Assembly (NCBI GenBank): GCA_963716255.1
Contig: OY970303.1
Location: 4,032,001-4,096,000, forward strand
Source of the DNA: an uncultured Gemmatimonadales bacterium
GTDB lineage: Bacteria > Gemmatimonadota > Gemmatimonadetes > Longimicrobiales > Longimicrobiaceae
Direction of reading: 5' to 3'
Length of the DNA: 64,000 bases
Shown: positions 11,563 to 22,390 of the stretch, piece after piece
Layout: every line of letters begins with the position of its first letter
Position numbering within the stretch: the stretch's first letter is position 1
Translations under genes and position numbers: made by a program
Notes under the pieces: model-generated
Seen by the model: the letters and a program-made list of their open reading frames with translations, nothing else
Told to the model about the DNA's origin: nothing
The model's database searches: none

Positions 11563-12744
11563 TTGCGAGACGCGACCCAGAGCCGGCCGTCGTACGGCCT
11601 CCTCGCCGCGGCGGTGTTCACGGTGCTCCTCCTGCTGTTCGTGTACAGCGTGGCGGACACCCTGCTCCTGTTCTTCATCGCGGCGCTCCTGTCGCTGTAC
11701 CTGGGCGCCGTCACCGACTTCTTCGAGCACCGGCTGCGCATTCCGCGCCGCTGGGGGCTGCTGCTGTCCGTGGTCCTCACCACGGTGGCGCTGGTGGGGA
11801 TCGGCTGGCTGGTGGTCCCCCCCGTGCTGGAGCAGACGCAGGGGCTGATCAGCGCGCTCCCGGGCCTGCTCACGGGGTGGAAGAACGGGCTGCTGGAGCT
11901 GGCGCGCCGCTACCCCATCCTGGGCCAGCTCTTCCCCTCCCCGGACCAGACGGTCGCCTACGCCAGCGAGGCGCTGGGCAGCCTGGGCGGCTACTTCACG
12001 GGGCTCATCCCCTACGTGTTCGGGGGGATCAACTTCCTGATCCACCTGGTGAGCGTGCTGGTGATGGCGCTGTACCTGACGCTGCGCCCGGCGCTCTACC
12101 GCGAGGGGATCATCGTGCTGGTGCCGCCGGTGCACCGCGACCTGGCCCGCGACATCCTCTCGGACCTGGCGAACACGCTGCGCGCCTGGATCGTGGGGCA
12201 GATCCTGGCGATGCTGGTGCTGGGGACGCTGACCTGGCTGGGGCTGGTGCTGCTGGACGTGCCGTACGCGCTGGCCTTCGGGGTGTTCACGGGGCTGGTG
12301 GTGGTGGTCCCCTTCTTCGGGACGCTGGTGTCCACGCTGCTGCCGGCGCTCTTCGTGCTGGGCTCCGGCGGCGGCGTGCAGGCGCTGCTGGTGGTGCTCC
12401 TGGGGGTGGTGATCCACCTCTTCGAGGCCAACTTCGTCCACCCGGTGATCATGGAGCGGCAGATCAACCTGCCGCCGGTGCTTTCCATCCTCAGCGTGCT
12501 GGTGATGGCGGAGCTGCTGGGGGTCGTCGGGCTGGTGGTGGCCGTGCCGGTGCTGGCCACGGTCATCGTCATCATCCGCCGCGTGTACATCCACCGCCTG
12601 CTGGAGGGGCGCGGCTTCCGCCGATTCGTGCGCGACTCCCCGGTGGAGGTGCGCCTCCCGGAGGGCGCGGTGCTCGCGCACCCCTCGGCCGCGGAGCTCA
12701 GCATTCCCGCGCTGCTGGAGCGCGCCGGGGAGCCCTCCGCCTGA
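11563..12744 (+). CDS. AI-2E (PerM/TqsA) family transporter
   Basis: Multi-TM protein with VPFFGT and EANFVHPVIMERQINLPP. Confidence 0.9.
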   Translation: MRDATQSRPSYGLLAAAVFTVLLLLFVYSVADTLLLFFIAALLSLYLGAVTDFFEHRLRIPRRWGLLLSVVLTTVALVGIGWLVVPPVLEQTQGLISALPGLLTGWKNGLLELARRYPILGQLFPSPDQTVAYASEALGSLGGYFTGLIPYVFGGINFLIHLVSVLVMALYLTLRPALYREGIIVLVPPVHRDLARDILSDLANTLRAWIVGQILAMLVLGTLTWLGLVLLDVPYALAFGVFTGLVVVVPFFGTLVSTLLPALFVLGSGGGVQALLVVLLGVVIHLFEANFVHPVIMERQINLPPVLSILSVLVMAELLGVVGLVVAVPVLATVIVIIRRVYIHRLLEGRGFRRFVRDSPVEVRLPEGAVLAHPSAAELSIPALLERAGEPSA

Positions 12745-12781
12745 GCCGGCGCGCCCGCTTTCCATCTCCCCGTCCCACGCC

Positions 12782-13864
12782 ATGAACGACTACCGCTACC
12801 TGATCCTCGCCGAGGGATCCTTCGGCCCGGAGACCACCAAGACCGCCAACAGCGCCATCCGCTACCTCCCGGACCGCGTGCTGGCGGTGGTGGACTCGCG
12901 CCACGCGGGGAAGACCGCGCGGGACGTGCTGGGCTTCGGCGGCGGCATCCCGGTGCTGGCGTCGCTGGAGGAGGGGCTGGCGATGGGGCCCACGGCGGTG
13001 CTGGTGGGGATCGCGCCGCAGGGCGGCCGGCTGCCGGACGAGTGGCGGCCCGTGCTGCGGCGGGTGATCGAGGCGGGGCTGGACGTGGTGAGCGGGCTGC
13101 ACTTCTACCTGGGGCTGGACCCGGAGCTTTCGGCGCTGGCGGCGGAGCGCGGGGTCCGGATCGTGGACCTGCGCCGCCCCCCGGCGGACCTGCCGGTCGC
13201 CACGGGGAAGGCGCGGCTGGTGGATGCATTCACGGTGCTCACCGTGGGCACGGACTGCAACATCGGCAAGATGACGGCGGCGCTCCAGCTCCGCGGCGCG
13301 CTGGCGGAGCGCGGGACGCGGGTGGGGTTCGCGGCCACCGGGCAGACGGGGATCCTGATCGAGGGATGGGGCACCTCGGTGGACGCGGTGGTGGCGGACT
13401 TCGTCGGCGGGGCGGCGGAGCAGCTGGTGCTGCGCGCCGCGGAGGGGAACGACGTGGTGCTGGTGGAGGGTCAGGGCTCGCTGGTGCACCCGGGCTACTC
13501 GGGGGTGACGCTGGGCCTGCTGCACGGCTCCATGCCGGACGCCATGGTCCTCTGTCACCAGCCGTCGCGCCGCTGCCCGTACAACCGCTACGGGGTCTAC
13601 GAGTGGATGACGCTCCCCTCGGTGCAGGAGACCATACGCATCTGCGAGGGGGCGATCGCGCCGCTGAAGCCGTCGTCGAAGGTGGTCGCCATCTGCCTGA
13701 ACACCTGGGACCTGGGGGAGGAGGAGGCCCGGGCGGAGGTGGAGCGCGTGCAGGCGGAGACGGGGCTGCCGACGACGGACCCGGTGCGCTTCGACCCGGC
13801 GCCCGTGGTGGACGCGATCCTCGCGGGCGCGGAGCGCAAGCGGGCTCGGGCGGCGACGGCCTGA
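12782..13864 (+). CDS. DUF1611 protein (DgcN-like D-glutamate N-acetyltransferase family)
   Basis: VGTDCNIGKMTA, ATGQTGILI, VEGQGSLVHPGYSGV and LLHGSMPDAMVLCH. Confidence 0.9.
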   Translation: MNDYRYLILAEGSFGPETTKTANSAIRYLPDRVLAVVDSRHAGKTARDVLGFGGGIPVLASLEEGLAMGPTAVLVGIAPQGGRLPDEWRPVLRRVIEAGLDVVSGLHFYLGLDPELSALAAERGVRIVDLRRPPADLPVATGKARLVDAFTVLTVGTDCNIGKMTAALQLRGALAERGTRVGFAATGQTGILIEGWGTSVDAVVADFVGGAAEQLVLRAAEGNDVVLVEGQGSLVHPGYSGVTLGLLHGSMPDAMVLCHQPSRRCPYNRYGVYEWMTLPSVQETIRICEGAIAPLKPSSKVVAICLNTWDLGEEEARAEVERVQAETGLPTTDPVRFDPAPVVDAILAGAERKRARAATA

Positions 13865-13887
13865 CCCGCGCCCGGAAGCTCCGGCCG

Positions 13888-15698
13888 GTGGATCCGGGGG
13901 CGCCCCTGCCGACGCAGGAGGCGGGTCCGTCGGCGCTGGAGCGGGCGCTGGGCCTGCTCCGCGAGGTGCGCGCCGCCGCGCTCCCCGCGGACGACGAAGC
14001 GCGGCGGCCGCACGCGTGCGCGCTCTGCGCGCGGGCGGTGGCCGCGTACTGGCGGGCGGCCTGCGCGCCGGACGGGGAGCTGGGAGGGCTGGCCCCAAGC
14101 CCGGTCGCCGGGCCCGCCCCGGACGGGGCGGACGCCGCCCGCGCCGCGGCGCTGGGGGAGGCGGCGGCGGCGCTGCCGCCGGTCGTCGCCGCGTACCTGC
14201 TGGGAACGGCCTACACGGCGCTGCTCCCGCCCGCGCACCGCTCGCGGCACGGAGTGTTCTTCACGCCCCCGCCGCTGGTGGACCGGCTGCTGGACCTGGT
14301 GGAGGAGGCCGGCCACGACTGGACGGCGGGGACCGTGCTGGACCCGGCGTGCGGCGGCGGCGCGTTCCTGGCTCCGGTGGCAATGCGGATGGCCGCGGCG
14401 CTGGAGCGCGGCGGCGCGGACCCGGGAGAGATCGTACGCGACGTTTCCGCCCGCCTTGCGGGGGTGGAGATCGACCCGTTCTCGGCGTGGATGGCGCGCG
14501 TGTTCCTGGAGGCCGCGCTCTGGCCGCACTGCCTGGCGGCGCGGCTGCGGGTGCCGCCGGAGATCGTGGAGGTGCGCGACGCGCTGGGGGTGCCGGACGG
14601 CTGGCGCGGCGGGTTCGCGCTGGTGGTGGGGAACCCGCCGTACGGGCGGCTCACGCTGGCGCCGGAGGTGCGCGAGCGCTTCCGCCGCTCGCTCTTCGGG
14701 CACGCCAACCTGTACGGCCTGTTCACCGACCTGGCCGTGCGCCTGCTCGCGCCGGGGGGAGGGTGGGATACGTGACGCCCACCTCGTTCCTGGGCGGCCT
14801 TTACTTCTCCAACCTGCGCCGGCTGCTGGCGGCGGAGGCGCCGCCCGCGGCCGTGGACTTCATCGCCGACCGCGGTGGCGTTTTCGACGACGTGCTCCAG
14901 GAGACGCTGCTGGTGGTGTTCGCCGGTGGCGAGGCGCAGGGGTGCGCGCCCGTGCACGCCATCCGCCTCCCGGCACTGGATCGCCCCTGCGAGGTGCTCC
15001 CGGCGGGCTGCTTCCCGTCGCCGGACGCCCGCGGCGGCCCCTGGATCCTTCCCCGCTCACCCGAGCAGTCCGCGCTGCTCGCCACCGTGAGGCGGCTGGG
15101 CCACGCGCTGCGCGACCTGGGGGTGCGGGTGAGCACCGGCCCGCTGGTGTGGAACCGCCACAAGGGGCAGCTCCGCGACGCCCCGGAGCCGGGCGCGTAC
15201 CCGCTGGTGTGGGCGGAATCGGTGGCCGGCCCCGGCGTGTTCGCCTTCAGCGCCCGCCGCCGCAACCACGAGCCTTACTTCGCGCTGCAGCCGGGGCAGC
15301 GTCACCTGCTGGCGACGGAGCCCTGCGTCCTGGTGCAGCGCACCACGGCCCGGGAGCAGCAGCGCCGCCTGGTCGCCGCCGAGCTTCCCGCGTCGTTCCT
15401 GGCTGAGCACGGCGCCGCGGTGGTGGAGAACCACCTCGACGTGGTCCGCCTCGCCCCGGACGCCCCCATCGCCCTCGCCACGCTCGCGGCGCTCCTCAAC
15501 TCGCGGGTCGCCGACGACGTCTTCCGCTGCATCAGCGGCAGCGTCGCCGTCTCCGCCTACGAGCTGGAGGCGCTCCCCGTCCCCCCGCCGGACGCGCTGC
15601 GCGAGCTGGACGCCCGCGTCCGCGCCGGCTGCGGCGCCGCCGAAGCCGAGTGCCTGGTCGCCGCCGCGTACGGCGTGGACCTTTCCGACGTGAGATGA
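13888..15698 (+). pseudogene. N6-adenine DNA methyltransferase (gamma class, Eco57I/BsuBI-PstI-like), split by a frameshift at the G6 run 14754-14759
   Basis: Frame 1 has GVFFTP, VLDPACGGGAFL, GVEID and GNPPY. The frame shifts to GRVGYVTPTSFLGG...VENHL...ISGSVAVSAYELEALP. G7 would restore one ORF. The start position is uncertain. Confidence 0.85.
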
Positions 15699-16024
15699 AG
15701 ATGCTCTCCGGGTGGACGGTCGCCGCCGCCGTCGCGCTGCTGCTCGCCGGGTGCGGCGCCGCGGCCGACCGCGTGCCGATCGAAGCCGCCGCGCTGGCCT
15801 ACGTGCGGGAGGCCGGCGGCGCCCCCGGCGCCGCCGAGGTGGAGGAGATGTCGGGGAACTACGCCCGCGCCCGGGTGACCCCGGAGGCGGAGGGGAGCAC
15901 CGACCCCGCCTGGGTGTTCCTGCGGCGCGAGGGCGGAAAGTGGCAGGCCCTGGTCTACGGCACGGCCATCGGCCCGGAGGAGTACGAGGAGCTGGGCATC
16001 CCGCCATCGCTGCAGCCGGACTAA
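15695..16024 (+). CDS. Small lipoprotein, hypothetical
   Basis: ATGA overlap with the MTase stop. MKMLSGWTVAAAVALLLAGC lipobox. Confidence 0.75.
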   Translation: MKMLSGWTVAAAVALLLAGCGAAADRVPIEAAALAYVREAGGAPGAAEVEEMSGNYARARVTPEAEGSTDPAWVFLRREGGKWQALVYGTAIGPEEYEELGIPPSLQPD

Positions 16025-16086
16025 AAGGTTGCCCACGAAAGCCCGAACGACGAACGGCGCCCCGACCCGGGACGCCGTTCGCCGTT

Positions 16087-16248
16087 GCAGTTCCGCAGTA
16101 TCCCCCACAATCTGTTCGGAGGGAGACAGCCGGGCAGTTTCGGCTGGCTCACTCCGGCGCAGGGAGACCCGCCGGCAGTTTGGCGCGGCTCCCGGAGCCC
16201 GCGGAGGAGACGGACAGCAGTATCGTCCGGCTCCGCAGCGGCCCCGCC
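16087..16248 (+). repeat. ~160-bp structured repeat, family 2, copy A
   Basis: GCAGTTCC...three GAGA-stem-GGCNGTWT-stem-GCTC hairpins...GCGGCCCCGCC. Other copies at 20719 and 59239. Confidence 0.9.
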
Positions 16249-16263
16249 CCGACAAGACGATCT

Positions 16264-16908
16264 CTAAACCCTCGCCGCCGCCCGCCACGACTTGTAGTAC
16301 TCGTACACCCCCGGCAGCACGGACAGCAGGATGATGACCACGATCACGAGCCCGAAGTTGTCCTTGACCGCGGGGATGTTCCCGAAGAAGTACCCCGCGA
16401 ACAGGAACGCCGTGATCCAAACCACCCCGCCGATGACGTTGTAGGTGATGAACTTGGCGTAGTCCATCCGCGACGCCCCCGCCACGAACGGCGCGTACGT
16501 CCGCACGATGGGGATGAAGCGCGCGATGATGATGGTCTTGCCGCCGTACTTGGCGTAGAACTCCTCGGTGCGCAGCAGGTACTCGGTCTTCAGCACCCGC
16601 GCGTCCGGCTTGAAGACGCGCGTCCCCACCGCCTTGCCGATGGCGTAGTTGACCGTGTCGCCCAGCACCGCCGCCACGCACAGCAGCACCCACAGCACGT
16701 ACACGTTCATGGCCCCGCCCGCCGCCAGCGCGCCGGTGGCGAACAGGAGCGAGTCGCCGGGGAGGAACGGGGTGACCACCAGCCCCGTCTCGCAGAAGAT
16801 GATCGCGAACAGGATCCCGTAGGTCCACCCGCCGTAGTCGCGGATCAGCTCCGTGAGGTGGACGTCCAGGTGGAGGAAGTAGTCGATGAACTCGCGGATC
16901 AGCTGCAT
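16264..16908 (-). CDS. dedA: DedA family membrane protein
   Basis: FCETGLVVTPFLPGDSLLF and GGKTIIIARFIPIVRTYAPFVAG. Confidence 0.95.
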   Translation of the reverse strand: MQLIREFIDYFLHLDVHLTELIRDYGGWTYGILFAIIFCETGLVVTPFLPGDSLLFATGALAAGGAMNVYVLWVLLCVAAVLGDTVNYAIGKAVGTRVFKPDARVLKTEYLLRTEEFYAKYGGKTIIIARFIPIVRTYAPFVAGASRMDYAKFITYNVIGGVVWITAFLFAGYFFGNIPAVKDNFGLVIVVIILLSVLPGVYEYYKSWRAAARV

Positions 16909-17111
16909 TCCCGGCCGCCTCGCTCGTTGAAGCCTGGTTCAGCGGTCGGGAAGCCCTCTCCCCGACGTGGGACGGGAATGCTATCGGCTGGCGGGAGTTG
17001 ATACAAGCCCGTGCGGCGCGGCGGCTTCCCCGCGCCGGGCCGGCGTGCTACCCTTGTCCGCGGGGCGGCGCGCCCGCCCGGCCCCGGGATCGAAGCAGCG
17101 AGGAGCGAACC

Positions 17112-18293
17112 ATGAGCGACACCCCCCAGGACGCGCTCTCGCCCGGCGAGACGCTCCGCTACGCGCGGCACCTGATCCTCCCGGAGGTGGGCCCCGCCGG
17201 GCAGCGCAGGCTCAAGCAGTCGCGCGTGCTGCTGGTGGGCGCGGGCGGGCTGGGCTCGCCGGTGGCGCTGTACCTGGCGGCGGCGGGGGTGGGGACGCTG
17301 GGGATGGTGGACTTCGACGTGGTGGACGCCACCAACCTCCAGCGGCAGGTGCTGCACGGCACGCCGGACGTGGGGAGGCCCAAGCTGGACTCCGCCCGCG
17401 ACCGAATCGGCGCGCTGAACCCGCACGTGGCCGTGGAGCCCCACCCGGTGCGGCTGACGTCGGCCAACGCGCTGGAGCTGTTCCGCGAGTACGACGTGGT
17501 GGTGGACGGCACCGACAACTTCCCCACCCGCTACCTGGTGAACGACGCCTGCGTGCTCACGGGAAAGCCAAACGTGTACGGCTCCATCCTGCGCTGGGAG
17601 GGGCAGGCGTCGGTGTTCTGGGCCGAGCGCGGCCCCTGCTACCGCTGCCTCTTCCGCGACCCCCCGCCGCCGGGGCTGGTCCCGTCCTGCGCGGAGGGCG
17701 GGGTGCTGGGGGTGCTCCCCGGGATCGTGGGAACGCTCCAGGCCGCGGAAACGCTCAAGCTGCTGCTGGGGGTGGGGGAGACGCTGGTGGGCCGGCTCTT
17801 GCTTTTGGACGCGCTGCGGATGAGGTTTCGGGAGCTCAGGCTCCGCAAGGACCCGGAGTGCCCGTCGTGCGGCGAGCGGCCCACGATCCGGGAGCTGATC
17901 GACTACGAGCGGTTCTGCGGCGTGCCCCCGACGAACCCGACGGAGACCCCGATGGCCAACGGAAGCGAGATCCCGGAGATCACCCCCGCCGAGCTGAAGC
18001 AGCGGCTGGACCGCGGCGACCGGCTCACCATCATCGACGTGCGCGAGCCGCAGGAGTGGGACATCGCCAACCTGGAGGAGCACGGCTCCCGGCTGATCCC
18101 GCTGGGGCAGATCGAGGAGCGCGCCGGCGAGATCGACCCGGAGGAGGAGATCGTCCTCCACTGCCGCTCCGGGGCGCGCAGCGCCCAGGCGCTGGCGGCG
18201 CTCCGCGACCGCGGCTACACGCGGCTCTGGAACCTCCGCGGCGGCATCCTGAGCTGGTCCGACGACGTGGACCCGTCGCTCCCCAAGTACTGA
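17112..18293 (+). CDS. moeB: MoeB/ThiF adenylyltransferase fused to a rhodanese domain (MoeZ type)
   Basis: RYARHLILPEVG, GAGGLG, CYRC...CPSC and rhodanese HCRSGARS. AGGAG RBS. Confidence 0.95.
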   Translation: MSDTPQDALSPGETLRYARHLILPEVGPAGQRRLKQSRVLLVGAGGLGSPVALYLAAAGVGTLGMVDFDVVDATNLQRQVLHGTPDVGRPKLDSARDRIGALNPHVAVEPHPVRLTSANALELFREYDVVVDGTDNFPTRYLVNDACVLTGKPNVYGSILRWEGQASVFWAERGPCYRCLFRDPPPPGLVPSCAEGGVLGVLPGIVGTLQAAETLKLLLGVGETLVGRLLLLDALRMRFRELRLRKDPECPSCGERPTIRELIDYERFCGVPPTNPTETPMANGSEIPEITPAELKQRLDRGDRLTIIDVREPQEWDIANLEEHGSRLIPLGQIEERAGEIDPEEEIVLHCRSGARSAQALAALRDRGYTRLWNLRGGILSWSDDVDPSLPKY

Positions 18294-18516
18294 GCGGCAG
18301 GGGACAGGGGACAGCCTGCCACGGCAGGACGTCCATTCCCGCATACCCGCTTCGCACGTACTCCCCGGCGCCCCGCGCGGCGCCGGGGAGGCTTCGTCTG
18401 CGGCCTCGCCTCCGCACCTGATGACCGATTCGGGTCGCATCGTGTCTCCCGGGCCGGCGCGGGCCGACACTTCAACGGAAGGGGCGCTCCCGCTTCCTCG
18501 CATCCTACGCGACACC

Positions 18517-19509
18517 ATGCACAGCACGGCTGAACGCACGGCGGCGTCCGCGCCCGCGCTCCCCGACTTCGACGACGTGCGCGCGGCGGCGGAGCGACTC
18601 CGCGGGGTGGCCCACCGCACCCCGGTGCTCACCTCGCGCACGCTGGACGGGCTGGCGGGGGCCACGGTGCTGCTCAAGTGCGAGAACCTGCAGCGCGGCG
18701 GCGCGTTCAAGTTCCGGGGCGCGTACAACTCCGTGTCCCGGCTGACCGAAGCGGAGCGGCAGCGGGGGGTGCTCACCTTCTCGTCGGGGAACCACGCGCA
18801 GGCGCTGGCGCTCACGGGCCGGATCCTGGGGGTGCGCACCGCGGTGGTGATGCCGGACAACGCGCCGGCCGCAAAGGTGGAGGCCACCCGCGGCTACGGC
18901 GCCGAGGTGATCCTGTACGACCCCGCCACGGCGTCGCGCGAGGAGATCGCCGCGCGGCTGCGCGACGAGCGGGGGATGACGCTGCTCCCGCCCTTCGACC
19001 ACGCCGACGTGATCGCGGGGCAGGGGACCGCGGCGCTGGAGCTGTTCGAGGAAGCGGGTCCGCTCGACGCGGTGCTCGCCCCCTGCGGCGGCGGCGGGCT
19101 GCTGAGCGGCACGGCGCTGGCCGCGCGGGGGATGGCGCCCGGGTGCCGCGTCGTGGGGGTGGAGCCGGAGCTGGCCGACGACGCCACCCGCTCCTTCCGG
19201 AGCGGCGAGCTGCAGCGGGTCCACAACCCGCCCACCATCGCCGACGGGCTGCGCACCCCCTCGCTGGGAAGCATCACCTTCGCCGTGGTGCGCGCCGGCG
19301 TGGACGACATGCGCACGGTGTCCGAGGCGGGGATCGTGGAGGCCATGCGCTTCCTGTGGACCCGCGCCAAGCTGGTGGTGGAGCCCTCCGGGGCGGTTCC
19401 CGTGGCGGCGCTGCTGGCCGGGATCCCCGAGCTGCGGGGCGCGCGCGTGGGGGTGGTGCTGAGCGGCGGCAACGTGGACCTGGCCGCCGCCTGCCGCCTG
19501 CTGGCGTAG
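18517..19509 (+). CDS. PLP-dependent Ser/Thr dehydratase family (serine racemase / threo-3-hydroxyaspartate lyase-like)
   Basis: KCENLQRGGAFKFRGA, SSGNHAQ, GGGGL, VEPSGA and SGGN. Confidence 0.9.
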   Translation: MHSTAERTAASAPALPDFDDVRAAAERLRGVAHRTPVLTSRTLDGLAGATVLLKCENLQRGGAFKFRGAYNSVSRLTEAERQRGVLTFSSGNHAQALALTGRILGVRTAVVMPDNAPAAKVEATRGYGAEVILYDPATASREEIAARLRDERGMTLLPPFDHADVIAGQGTAALELFEEAGPLDAVLAPCGGGGLLSGTALAARGMAPGCRVVGVEPELADDATRSFRSGELQRVHNPPTIADGLRTPSLGSITFAVVRAGVDDMRTVSEAGIVEAMRFLWTRAKLVVEPSGAVPVAALLAGIPELRGARVGVVLSGGNVDLAAACRLLA

Positions 19510-19629
19510 AGCCCGCCCCGCCGGCCGGCGGAGCGGGTCGGCCCCCGGCAGGGCCGGGGTGCAGTCCCCACGGGGACATTTTGCGGACGGTCCGGGCGGT
19601 GCGCGCGCGGCCGGGCGAAGACTCCAGGG

Positions 19630-20703
19630 GTGCAGATGATCCGGAGCGAGACAGCGGGCCAGCGGGAAACGGGGACCATCCTGGTGGTGGACGACGAGGA
19701 GGGGATCCTGCGCTCCCTCCACAAGTTCCTGACCCGCCTGGGCCACCGGGTGGAGACGGCCACCAGCGTGCGCGGCGCGCTGGAGCTGCTGGCGCCCGGC
19801 CGCTTCGACCTGGTGCTCACCGACCTGCGCATGCCCGAGGCGTCCGGCCTGGAGCTGCTTTCCGAGGTGCGCGCCCGCTCGCCGGGGACGCGCACCATCC
19901 TGATGAGCGCCAACGCCGACATCCCCTCGGCGGCAATGGCCATCGAGCGCGGCGTGGACCAGCTCATCATCAAGCCCTTCGACCTGGAGGTCCTGCGGCA
20001 GCGGGTGGAGCAGTCCCTCGCCCGGCGCCGCGCCGAGACCGCCGCCGTGCGCGAGCGCGAGCTGCTGGAGGCGCAGCTCCGCCGCCGCGACACCGAGAGC
20101 AAGATCTGGATCCTGCGCGCCGCCCACGCCCTTGCCGCCGCGGTGGAGGCCAAGGACCCGTACACGGCCGGCCACGCCACCCGCGTCACGGCCTACGCCA
20201 TGTCCATCGCCGAAGCGCTGGGCGGCATCGACCTGCTGCGCTTCCGCCTGGCGGGCGACCTGCACGACGTGGGGAAGATCGGAGTGCCGGACGTGGTCCT
20301 CAACAAGCCCGGCCGGCTGGACCCCGACGAGATGGAGCTGGTGCGCCGCCACCCGGAGACCGGGGCCCACATCCTGGAGCCGCTGATCGACAACCCCATG
20401 GTGCTGGGGGTGGTGCGCTGGCACCACGAGCGCTGGGACGGAGACGGGTACCCGGACCGGCTCGCCGGCGAGGCGATCCCGCTCCCCGCGCGGGTGCTGG
20501 CGGTGGCGGACACGCTGGACGCCATGACGTCGAGCCGGGCGTACCGGGGCGGGCTTCCCTGGGCCGTCGCGCTGGCGGAGATCCGGGCGTGCTCGGGCTC
20601 GCAGTTCGATCCCGCGGTGGTGGAGGCGTTCGAGCGCGCGCTCCCGGTCCTGGAGGCTCAGTTCCTGGGGTTCTTCGGGGACGACGCACGGCGCGCGGGG
20701 TAG
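19630..20703 (+). CDS. Response regulator with HD-GYP cyclic dinucleotide phosphodiesterase domain
   Basis: Receiver domain (VVDDE, TDLRMP, KPF) plus YTAGH, LHDVGK and HHERWDGDGYP. Confidence 0.95.
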   Translation: MQMIRSETAGQRETGTILVVDDEEGILRSLHKFLTRLGHRVETATSVRGALELLAPGRFDLVLTDLRMPEASGLELLSEVRARSPGTRTILMSANADIPSAAMAIERGVDQLIIKPFDLEVLRQRVEQSLARRRAETAAVRERELLEAQLRRRDTESKIWILRAAHALAAAVEAKDPYTAGHATRVTAYAMSIAEALGGIDLLRFRLAGDLHDVGKIGVPDVVLNKPGRLDPDEMELVRRHPETGAHILEPLIDNPMVLGVVRWHHERWDGDGYPDRLAGEAIPLPARVLAVADTLDAMTSSRAYRGGLPWAVALAEIRACSGSQFDPAVVEAFERALPVLEAQFLGFFGDDARRAG

Positions 20704-20718
20704 TTTTCGTCGCGTGGA

Positions 20719-20880
20719 GGCGGGGCCGCTGCGGAGCCCGGCGGTACTGCTGCCGGTCTCCTCCGCGGGCTCCGGGAACCCCGCCAAACAGCCGGCGGGT
20801 TTCCCTCCGCCGGGGTGAGCCTCGCCAAACAGCCGGCGAGTCTCCCCCCGAACAGATTTTGGAGGGTACTGCGGAACTGC
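20719..20880 (-). repeat. Family 2 repeat, copy B
   Basis: Reverse-complement alignment to copy A with compensatory changes. Confidence 0.9.
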
Positions 20881-21012
20881 CAACGTCGCTCTCCCTCGAT
20901 GCCGGGATGGGGTGCTGTCGCGTACTCCGTACTGCTGTTCAATCCCGCACTTTCGCACTCCCGCACTTCCCCCCTAACTTCCCGCGTCACCTCCACCCGG
21001 ACGCGACCTGAC

Positions 21013-22215
21013 ATGCCGCTGCGCCCATACCGCTCCGTCCTCGCCGTGCTCGCCCTGGCGGGCTGCGCGCCGTCGATCGCGCTCCCTCCGGCGCCGCCCG
21101 CGGAGTCCGTGGCGGGGTGGGACCGCGTGGAGACGGTCGCCCAGGGGGTGCGGCACCTGTCGAGGGCGGGCGGCGCGGGGCCGTGGGCGGTCCACGTGCT
21201 TCAAGTGGACCCGCTCGCGTGCGGAGTGGAGCTGGGAACCGTCAAGGCCGCCGACCGGCTGCAGGGGCGGGAGACCACGACGGAACTGGCCCGGCGCGCC
21301 GAGCGCGGCCGGCAGCGGCCCGTGCTCGCCGCGCTGAACGCGGACTTCTTCAGCTTCACCCCGCCCGGCGTGCCCACCGGGGCGCAGGTGGTGGGCGGCG
21401 AGGTCGTGCGCGTACCCGGAGAGCGCGCCGTCCTGGGCGTCACCGGCGAGGGCGACCCCTTCATCGCCGGACGGGTGCGGCTCGGGGGGAAGCTGTGGCT
21501 GTCGCAGGGGCTCTCCGCCACCCTGGGGCGGGTCAACGCCCCTCCCGCCGGCGACACCCTAGCCGTGTACAACCGCTTCTTCGGCGTGGCCACGCCCACG
21601 GACACCGGCGTGGTGGAGCTGCTCGTGCGGCGCCTGCGCTTTCCGGTCGCGGTGGGCGACACGGTGCGGGGCGTGCTGGTGGGGTCCGACACCGCCGCGG
21701 CGGGCGTCGCCATCCCCGAAGACGGAGTGGTGTTCGCGGCGCGGGGGCGCGCGGCGGACTTCCTGCGCCTCCTCACGCCCCCGGGCGACACCGTGCGCTG
21801 GACGCTGCGCTTCGAGCCCGCCCCCGGGCCCGTGCGGGAGATGGTCGGCGGACACCCCGTGCTCCTGAGGCGCGGGGCGGAGGTCCCGGACGCGGAGTCC
21901 GGCGTCGCCGCGGCGTTCTCGGCCACGCGGCACCCGCGCTCCGCGGTGGGGTGGCGGGCGGATGGGACGCTGCTGCTGGTGGCCGTGGACGGGCGGCAGC
22001 CCGGGCACAGCGTGGGGATGTCGCTGGCCGAGATGCGGGCGCTCTTCCGCGAGCTGGGGGCCGTCGAGGCGCTCAACCTGGACGGGGGCGGCTCCACCGC
22101 GCTGGTGGTGCGCGGAAGGGTCGTCAACCGCCCCTCCGACGCCGAAGGCGAGCGCCCCGTCGCCAACGCCCTGGTCCTGCTCGGACCCCTGCCCGGCACC
22201 TGCCGGGGCCCCTGA
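21013..22215 (+). CDS. Phosphodiester glycosidase (NAGPA-like) lipoprotein
   Basis: Lipobox LAGC. ALNADFF, RHPRSAVG, VDGRQ and ALNLDGGGST. Confidence 0.9.
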   Translation: MPLRPYRSVLAVLALAGCAPSIALPPAPPAESVAGWDRVETVAQGVRHLSRAGGAGPWAVHVLQVDPLACGVELGTVKAADRLQGRETTTELARRAERGRQRPVLAALNADFFSFTPPGVPTGAQVVGGEVVRVPGERAVLGVTGEGDPFIAGRVRLGGKLWLSQGLSATLGRVNAPPAGDTLAVYNRFFGVATPTDTGVVELLVRRLRFPVAVGDTVRGVLVGSDTAAAGVAIPEDGVVFAARGRAADFLRLLTPPGDTVRWTLRFEPAPGPVREMVGGHPVLLRRGAEVPDAESGVAAAFSATRHPRSAVGWRADGTLLLVAVDGRQPGHSVGMSLAEMRALFRELGAVEALNLDGGGSTALVVRGRVVNRPSDAEGERPVANALVLLGPLPGTCRGP

Positions 22216-22390
22216 TCCGGACGGCGGCGGGCCCGCGGGAGTTCCCGTTCGGGAACGCAGGCGGCCCGTGCGGGCTCGGCGGAGGTGCGAACGGCGTGTC
22301 CGCAAGCCGGAGCGGGCCTTTCGGGCTGCGGCTCAAGTCGTTGTCCAGGGGGTGTCTGCGCATCCTACAAGTGTTTCACGACATACGGCG

